A DNA stretch of 64,000 nucleotides from Patescibacteria group bacterium (GTDB lineage Bacteria > Patescibacteriota > Patescibacteriia > UBA2591 > UBA6264). The translations under genes were made by a program, and so were the position numbers. The notes under the pieces are model-generated. The model searched no databases and was not told the origin of the DNA. It saw nothing but the letters and a program-made list of their open reading frames with translations. Positions within the stretch are counted from its first letter, which is position 1. Every line of letters starts with the position of its first letter. The stretch lies in the NCBI GenBank assembly GCA_016784145.1, contig JADHVF010000002.1:9102-73101 (forward strand), given 5' to 3'. Shown one piece after another: positions 58,105 through 64,000 of this stretch.

Positions 58105-58779
58105 ATGAATAGACTTGTTAAAGTAAAAAAAAATCTTCAGATATTAGAGTTTATTAGGCAGAGCGCGAAAAGCATGAGTGCAATTGGATACACTGAACAT
58201 GGATTAAGACATGCAGAGCTTGTATCTAAGAGAGCTGGTTGGTTGGCAAAACAAGTTGGGTTAGACAAAAATAAACAGGAGTTAGCTTCTATTGTTGGAT
58301 TTTGTCATGATGCAGGTAATTTTATGGGAAGAACTCAACATCATTATTGGGGAGCTGTTTTATTTCATCAAGTTTTTTCTAATAATGATGATTGCATTTT
58401 TTCTGCCAAAGAAATTACATCTATTGTTCAAGCAGTTGTAAATCATGATAAATATACAATGAAATTAACCAATGGAATATCAGCCATAGTTGTTTTGGCA
58501 GATAAGTCAGACACTAGTCGTTCAAGAGTAGAAGCAAAATCAATCAAAGAAATAACCAAAGATATTCATAATAGGGTAAATTATGCGGTTACAGATTCAA
58601 AATTAATTGTTGATAAGCAAAAAAATATAATTTCATTATCTTTAAAAATAGACACAAAATTTGTTTCAATCATGGAATATTTTGAAATTTTTACAGATAG
58701 AATGTCATATTGTAGAAAAGCAGCCGAATGTCTTGGGTATAAATTTGGATTGATTATTAATGATTTTAAATTATCATGA
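58105..58779 (+). CDS. HD-domain phosphohydrolase
   Basis: GYTEHG..H, CHDAGN, NHD, LADKSD and DIHNRVNYAV motifs. Confidence 0.85.
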   Translation: MNRLVKVKKNLQILEFIRQSAKSMSAIGYTEHGLRHAELVSKRAGWLAKQVGLDKNKQELASIVGFCHDAGNFMGRTQHHYWGAVLFHQVFSNNDDCIFSAKEITSIVQAVVNHDKYTMKLTNGISAIVVLADKSDTSRSRVEAKSIKEITKDIHNRVNYAVTDSKLIVDKQKNIISLSLKIDTKFVSIMEYFEIFTDRMSYCRKAAECLGYKFGLIINDFKLS

Positions 58780-59084
58780 ATAACAGGACAATAAAGATAA
58801 ACGAACTGATTAAAAGAGAATTATCAGGTATTATTTTGAAGCAGATAAATATTCCACTAGGTTCCTTTGTTACAATAACAAAAGTTGAGACAGCTGCGGA
58901 TTTAGTAAAGACAAAAATATGGATAAGCATTTTCCCGGATGAATATAATGAAGAAATTTTAAAGATTTTTAATAAAAACGCTGGCAAACTTCAAGATATT
59001 TTAAATAAGCGTTTATCAATGAAATGGGTTCCAAGGATTAAATTTTTTGTTGATTTAACAAATATAAATATTGATAAGAAATAA
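58776..59084 (+). CDS. rbfA: Ribosome-binding factor A
   Basis: RTIKINELIKRELS, VTITKVETAADL and PRIKFFVD motifs. Confidence 0.9.
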   Translation: MNNRTIKINELIKRELSGIILKQINIPLGSFVTITKVETAADLVKTKIWISIFPDEYNEEILKIFNKNAGKLQDILNKRLSMKWVPRIKFFVDLTNINIDKK

Positions 59085-59094
59085 AATATAAATA

Positions 59095-60420
59095 ATGGAA
59101 AATTTAATGGAAAAAATAATTTCATTAGCCAAGCAAAGAGGTTTTGTTTATAAATCTTCAGAGATTTATGGTGGAGCTTATTCTTTTTATGATTATGGAC
59201 CTCTGGGAGTAGAATTAAAAAATAATATTAAAAAACAATGGTGGAAAAATGTAGTTTATCAAAGACAAGATGTTGTTGGGCTTGATAGTTCAATTTTAAG
59301 TCCTAGAATAGTTTGGGAAGCATCAGGTCACTTGCAAGGATTTGCTGATTTATTGGTTGAGTGCAAGCAATGCCATCATCGTTTTAAAGAAGATGAGCTA
59401 AATAAAAATCAATGTCCTGATTGCGCAGGCGATTTAACTAGTCCAAAGCAGTTTAACTTATTAATGAAAACGAATTTGGGAGTTGTTAAAGACAAGCAGG
59501 AAGAATATTATTTAAGAGGAGAAACTTGCCAAGGTATTTATTTAAATTATTTAAATGTAAAAGATTCTTTACGTAAAAAGCTTCCTTTTGGAATTGCACA
59601 AATTGGTAAAGCTTTCCGTAATGAAATTACTCCTAAAAATTTTATTTTTAGAACAAGAGAATTTGAACAAATGGAAATGCAATATTTTGTTAACCCTGAT
59701 GAAGCAAACAAGCATTATGATGAATGGAAACAAGTAACCATGGATTGGTATAAACAGTATATTGTTAATTCAGAGAATTTAAGGTGGAGAGAACATACTA
59801 AGAATGAATTAGCTCATTATGCCAAGCAAGCATGGGACATTGAATATAAAACACCATTTGGCGGATGGAAAGAGTTTGCAGGTGTTCATAATAGAGGAGA
59901 TTGGGATTTATCAAGACATCAAGAATACAGTCAGATTAAGATGGAATATAGAGATGAAGTCACAAATCAAAAGTTTACTCCATGGGTAGTAGAGGTCTCA
60001 ATAGGGGTGGATAGAGCTTTTTTAATGTTTTTGCTTGATGCTTATGATGAAGTTGATGGAGGGAGGACAACTACAACCAAGTCAATCAAAGCTAAAGAAG
60101 TTGTTTTGCGTCTTGATAAAAGGTTGGCTCCAATTAAGGCAGGTATTTTGCCATTAGCAAAAAAACCAGAATTGATTAAAATAGCTAATCAAATATATGA
60201 TGAATTATCTCGCCAATGGATGTGCGAATATGATCAAACAGGGTCTATTGGCAAAAGATATCGTAGGCAAGACGAAATAGGCACGCCATATTCAATAACC
60301 ATTGATTTTGACACCATAAAAGACAAGCAAGTGACCATAAGAGATAGAGATACAATGAAGCAAGAAAGAATTTTAATTAATGCTTTGCCAGATTATATTA
60401 GAGAAGGAATTCGCGATTGA
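59095..60420 (+). CDS. glyQS: Glycine--tRNA ligase, homodimeric (alpha2) type
   Basis: YDYGPLG, YLRGETCQG, GKAFRNEITP, FRTREFEQME and IGKRYRRQDEIGTP motifs. Confidence 0.95.
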   Translation: MENLMEKIISLAKQRGFVYKSSEIYGGAYSFYDYGPLGVELKNNIKKQWWKNVVYQRQDVVGLDSSILSPRIVWEASGHLQGFADLLVECKQCHHRFKEDELNKNQCPDCAGDLTSPKQFNLLMKTNLGVVKDKQEEYYLRGETCQGIYLNYLNVKDSLRKKLPFGIAQIGKAFRNEITPKNFIFRTREFEQMEMQYFVNPDEANKHYDEWKQVTMDWYKQYIVNSENLRWREHTKNELAHYAKQAWDIEYKTPFGGWKEFAGVHNRGDWDLSRHQEYSQIKMEYRDEVTNQKFTPWVVEVSIGVDRAFLMFLLDAYDEVDGGRTTTTKSIKAKEVVLRLDKRLAPIKAGILPLAKKPELIKIANQIYDELSRQWMCEYDQTGSIGKRYRRQDEIGTPYSITIDFDTIKDKQVTIRDRDTMKQERILINALPDYIREGIRD

Positions 60421-60438
60421 TTATTGATTAATATATTT

Positions 60439-61719
60439 ATGTACACAAGAACAAAATTTAAAAATGGACTTAATCTGATTACAGTGCCATCAACCAGCGC
60501 TAAAACAATAACAGTTTTAGCGTTATTTGGAGTTGGCTCTCGTTATGAAAGAGTTCAACAAAATGGAATGTCTCACTTTGTTGAGCATATGATGTTTAAG
60601 GGAACAAATAAAAGAAAAGACAATTTAACAATTGCTAGTGAGTTAGATGGCCTTGGGGCTGAGTACAATGCTTTTACAAGTACAGATTATACAGGTTATT
60701 ACATTAAATCAATTAAGCAGAACGTTCATACTTGTTTTGATGTTTTATCTGACATGCTTTTTAATTCAGTTTTTGACAAAAATGAGATTACTAAAGAAAA
60801 GGGAGTAATCTTGGAAGAAATAAAAATTTATAAAGAAAATCCAATGTTTTATATTGGAGATGTGTTTCAGGAAGTTCTTTATGGCAAACACCCTCTTGGC
60901 AGAAACATTGTTGGGCCACCAGCAACAGTTAAATCTTTTACTAGACAAGGATTAATGAATTATAAAAATAAATTTTATAATCACAATAAAATGATTTTAG
61001 CTGTGGCAGGGAATATAAGCAAACAAGAGGTTATTAATTTAACAGACAAATATTTTAATATATATAAAACAAGTAAACGAGCAACAAATTATACTAGTTT
61101 TAAGGTTCCAGCTAACATAAAATCAAATAGAGTCAAAGTTGTTTTTAATAACCTAAAGCAAACCCAAATTGCTTTAGGAGGATTTGCCTATCCATATAAT
61201 CATGTTAATATTGATGCTTTAAAAATTTTATCAATAATTCTGGGAGGAAACATGAGTTCTCGTCTTTTTTCAGAAGTTAGAGTAAAGAGAGGGTTAGCAT
61301 ATTATATTAAGTTCCATCTTGATGTCCATCAAGATGTTGGGGGATATTCAATAATAACAGGAGTTGATAAAAGCAAAACAAGACAAGCAATTAAAGTGAT
61401 TTTGGCAGAAATAAATAAGCTAAAACAGAATGGCATCACTAAACAAGAATTAGTAAAAGCAAAAAAATATTTTATTGGAATGACAGGAATTTCTTTGGAA
61501 GATTCTGCTAGTTTGGCAAGTTGGTATGCAAGGCAGCTTTTATTAAAAAATGAAGTTATTTCTGTTTCAGAACAAATAAGCAGGATTAAAAGGGTTAGTC
61601 GGGCAGATGTTCAAAAAGCTATAAATTATCTTATGACCACCCAAGGGATTAAAATGGGTGTAATAGGACCATTTAAGAATAATAATTCTTTGTTGCAAAT
61701 ATTAAAAAGAGGGGTATAA
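60439..61719 (+). CDS. M16 (pitrilysin) family Zn peptidase
   Basis: HFVEHMMFKGT, NAFTS and GGNMSSRLF.EVR.KRGLAY motifs; ATG at 60439 preferred to the TTG at 60424. Confidence 0.92.
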   Translation: MYTRTKFKNGLNLITVPSTSAKTITVLALFGVGSRYERVQQNGMSHFVEHMMFKGTNKRKDNLTIASELDGLGAEYNAFTSTDYTGYYIKSIKQNVHTCFDVLSDMLFNSVFDKNEITKEKGVILEEIKIYKENPMFYIGDVFQEVLYGKHPLGRNIVGPPATVKSFTRQGLMNYKNKFYNHNKMILAVAGNISKQEVINLTDKYFNIYKTSKRATNYTSFKVPANIKSNRVKVVFNNLKQTQIALGGFAYPYNHVNIDALKILSIILGGNMSSRLFSEVRVKRGLAYYIKFHLDVHQDVGGYSIITGVDKSKTRQAIKVILAEINKLKQNGITKQELVKAKKYFIGMTGISLEDSASLASWYARQLLLKNEVISVSEQISRIKRVSRADVQKAINYLMTTQGIKMGVIGPFKNNNSLLQILKRGV

Positions 61720-61752
61720 TAAAGATAAGCATAACTTTTAAATTAAATAATT

Positions 61753-62772
61753 ATGTCTAATGAAAAACAAACAACTTTAATTAAGATAGATGTTTGGTCT
61801 ATCCTCAAAATAGCCATAATTCTTCTAATAGCAGTGTTTTTATATTTTATAAGAGATATTCTTTTTATTATTTTTATTGCTGGCCTTCTGGCAACCATAA
61901 TTTCTCCAATGATTGCTTTTTTTGAACGAAAAAAAATCCCTCGTTTTTTAGGAACATTATTTGTTTATATTGGCGTTTTTATGATTTTAGCTTTGGTGGG
62001 AGTTACGGTTGTTCCAACCGTAATAAGCCAGGGCAAAGTTTTATCAGAGCAACTGCCAGAACTTCTAAGTTCAATCTTGAGTAAAATTCAACCAGAATCA
62101 CAAGCACAATTTGCAGACATAGTAGATAAGTGGTTTGCTAAGTCAAGCCTTGATGCAATGTCTATTTTTTCAGTGTTAGGAACAGTGGCTGGGCAAGTAT
62201 TGTCGTTTGTAATGATTTTTGTATTAGCGTTTTATTTGTCAATTAGAAAAAAAGGAGTTGAAACAGCTGCTAATTTGTTAATTCCAGATAAATATCAAAA
62301 ATTCTTTAAAAATTTTATTAATTCAGTCCAAAAAGAAATTGGAGCATGGGCAAGAGGGCTGGCAATGCTTTGCCTTTTTGTTGGAATAATGGTCTATGTT
62401 GGCCTGACTATATTGGGAGTAAAATATGCACTAACATTGGCTGTTATAGCTGCACTGGTGGAGATTATACCATATATTGGTCCTTGGATTGGCTTATTAA
62501 TAGCAATAATAATTACATTGGCACAATCTCCGGCCTTGGTTTTATTTGTTGTTGGTCTTTATTTAATTATTCAGCAAATTGAAAATATTTTAATTTCTCC
62601 ATATATAATGCATAAAGCGGTTGGATTAGACCCGCTAATTATAATTTTAGCATTAATGGTTGGTGGAAAGTTGGCTGGTCCAATTGGTATGATTGTTGCC
62701 GTACCTTGTGCTACAATTTTCTCAATTTTATTGAGGTATTACATAGAACATAAGCAAAAATTAATTGAGTAA
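61753..62772 (+). CDS. AI-2E family transporter
   Basis: Multi-TM protein; IIPYIGP and IQQIENILISP.I...VGLDP motifs. Confidence 0.9.
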   Translation: MSNEKQTTLIKIDVWSILKIAIILLIAVFLYFIRDILFIIFIAGLLATIISPMIAFFERKKIPRFLGTLFVYIGVFMILALVGVTVVPTVISQGKVLSEQLPELLSSILSKIQPESQAQFADIVDKWFAKSSLDAMSIFSVLGTVAGQVLSFVMIFVLAFYLSIRKKGVETAANLLIPDKYQKFFKNFINSVQKEIGAWARGLAMLCLFVGIMVYVGLTILGVKYALTLAVIAALVEIIPYIGPWIGLLIAIIITLAQSPALVLFVVGLYLIIQQIENILISPYIMHKAVGLDPLIIILALMVGGKLAGPIGMIVAVPCATIFSILLRYYIEHKQKLIE

Positions 62773-62793
62773 TATTTTTTATATTTAATAATA

Positions 62794-63798
62794 ATGTTTG
62801 GAAAAAAAATAGGAATTGACTTAGGGACAACTAATATTTTGGTTTATCTTCCTGATAAAGGGATAGTTACTAATGAACCATCAGTGATTGCTGTGTCGAC
62901 CATTGACAAGAGCATTTTAGCAGTAGGGGACGAGGCTAAAGAAATGATAGGGCGAACACCAGATACAATAATAGCTAAAAGGCCATTGAAAGATGGGGTT
63001 ATTGCTGATTATAAAGCAACTGAAGCAATGATGAAATACTTTATAGGGAAAGTCATTGGGAAAATAAATTTATTTAAACCAGAAGTCATGGTAGCTGTGC
63101 CCGGGGGGATTACTTCGACCGAGAGAAGAGCTGTTATTGATGCTACTATGAAATCAGGGGCAAAGGCATCTTATATCATAAAAGAACCTATTGCAGCGGC
63201 GATTGGCTCTGCTATTCCAATTGGCTCTGCTTCAGGGCATATGATAATTGATATTGGTGGAGGAACAACAGAAGTAGCAGTTATTTCTTTGGGAGGAATT
63301 GTTAGCTCTACGTCAGTTAGGGTGGCTGGAAATAAATTTGATTCAGCTATTGCTAATTTTATAAAGAAAAAATATAATTTAGCGATTGGAGAGAGAACTT
63401 CTGAGGGGATTAAAATTAAAATTGGGTCAGCTTTGTCGTTAGATAAAAAAATAAAAATGGATATTAAGGGGAGGGACTTGATTCGTGGATTGCCTAGAAT
63501 ACTAACAATTGATTCAGACGATGTAACAGAAGCAATTCAAGATGAATTAAAAGATATTGTATCAGCAGTAAAATCAGTTTTTCATGAAACCCCACCAGAG
63601 CTTTCAGCAGATGTAATTGAAAAAGGAATGATATTGTCAGGAGGGAGCTCTCTTTTGAGAAATTTAGACAAACTGCTTACTAAAGCAATTGGTGTGCCAG
63701 CTTATGTAGCAGATGAGCCTCTTTTATCTGTTGCAAAAGGAACAGGGCTTGCTCTTGATAATCTTGAATCATATAAAAGAAGTCTTTTGTCTACGTAA
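62794..63798 (+). CDS. mreB: Rod shape-determining protein MreB
   Basis: IGIDLGT, EPSV, RPLKDGVIAD and IDIGGGTTE motifs. Confidence 0.95.
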   Translation: MFGKKIGIDLGTTNILVYLPDKGIVTNEPSVIAVSTIDKSILAVGDEAKEMIGRTPDTIIAKRPLKDGVIADYKATEAMMKYFIGKVIGKINLFKPEVMVAVPGGITSTERRAVIDATMKSGAKASYIIKEPIAAAIGSAIPIGSASGHMIIDIGGGTTEVAVISLGGIVSSTSVRVAGNKFDSAIANFIKKKYNLAIGERTSEGIKIKIGSALSLDKKIKMDIKGRDLIRGLPRILTIDSDDVTEAIQDELKDIVSAVKSVFHETPPELSADVIEKGMILSGGSSLLRNLDKLLTKAIGVPAYVADEPLLSVAKGTGLALDNLESYKRSLLST

Positions 63799-63810
63799 TA
63801 TTTTTTTATT

Positions 63811-64000
63811 ATGCATATATTAGAAGACTTAAAGTCTAGAGGATTAATATATCAAACAACTAATTATGATGGGCTTTATAAAAAATTAAAGAGCCCTCCT
63901 GTTTTTTTATATGTAGGATTTGACCCAACTGCTGACAGTCTTCATATTGGAAATCTTCTTCAAATAATCACCTTGATTAGATTCAGTAAAGCAGGTCATT
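63811..64000 (+). CDS. tyrS: Tyrosine--tRNA ligase, partial (runs off the window end)
   Basis: Hand translation MHILEDLKSRGLIYQTT...LYVGFDPTADSLHIGNL. Confidence 0.93.
   Translation, partial: MHILEDLKSRGLIYQTTNYDGLYKKLKSPPVFLYVGFDPTADSLHIGNLLQIITLIRFSKAGH

Noticed and set aside
1-64000. Alternative genetic code (TGA=Gly, code 25)
   Set aside because: Conserved genes are full length under code 11, and TGA terminates infC, glyQS and the first GH57 gene.

Overview
AT-rich chromosomal window of a bacterium that looks like a Patescibacteria/CPR (Parcubacteria-like) organism. This is inferred from the gene repertoire: alpha2-type GlyRS, IleRS2, bifunctional PGI/PMI, a PrgI/VirB4 cluster and almost no Shine-Dalgarno motifs. 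TGA is used as a stop, so the code is 11. From left to right: a sugar/alpha-glucan block (PGI-PMI, yebC, ruvC, glgA, two GH57 paralogues, APH-like kinase, PHP); a LysM-CHAP hydrolase; leuS-rsmA running into a ~22 kb type IV secretion-like locus (3247-aa Cys-rich surface protein, VirB6-like, PrgI, two-part VirB4, VirB8-like, VirB2-type pilin fused to a Cys-rich domain, beta-propeller) with no relaxase, coupling protein or integrase in view; recG; tRNAs; an OpgB/LTA-synthase-GDPD fusion; a translation cluster (rpsL-rpsG-fusA, ssrA, infC-rpmI-rplT-tRNA-Asp, rpmB, smpB); then ileS, tgt, rbfA, glyQS, mreB and partial tyrS. Most unusual signals: (1) a 23-bp REP-like palindrome in 11 copies, 8 in two intergenic composite arrays and 3 in frame inside a T4SS-locus protein; (2) the rplT stop codon lies inside the tRNA-Asp gene, in a cluster headed by a tmRNA that lacks the D-loop GG and the TTCRA T-loop; (3) heptamer arrays fill translation-operon spacers; (4) IleRS carries a GVHH signature instead of HIGH.
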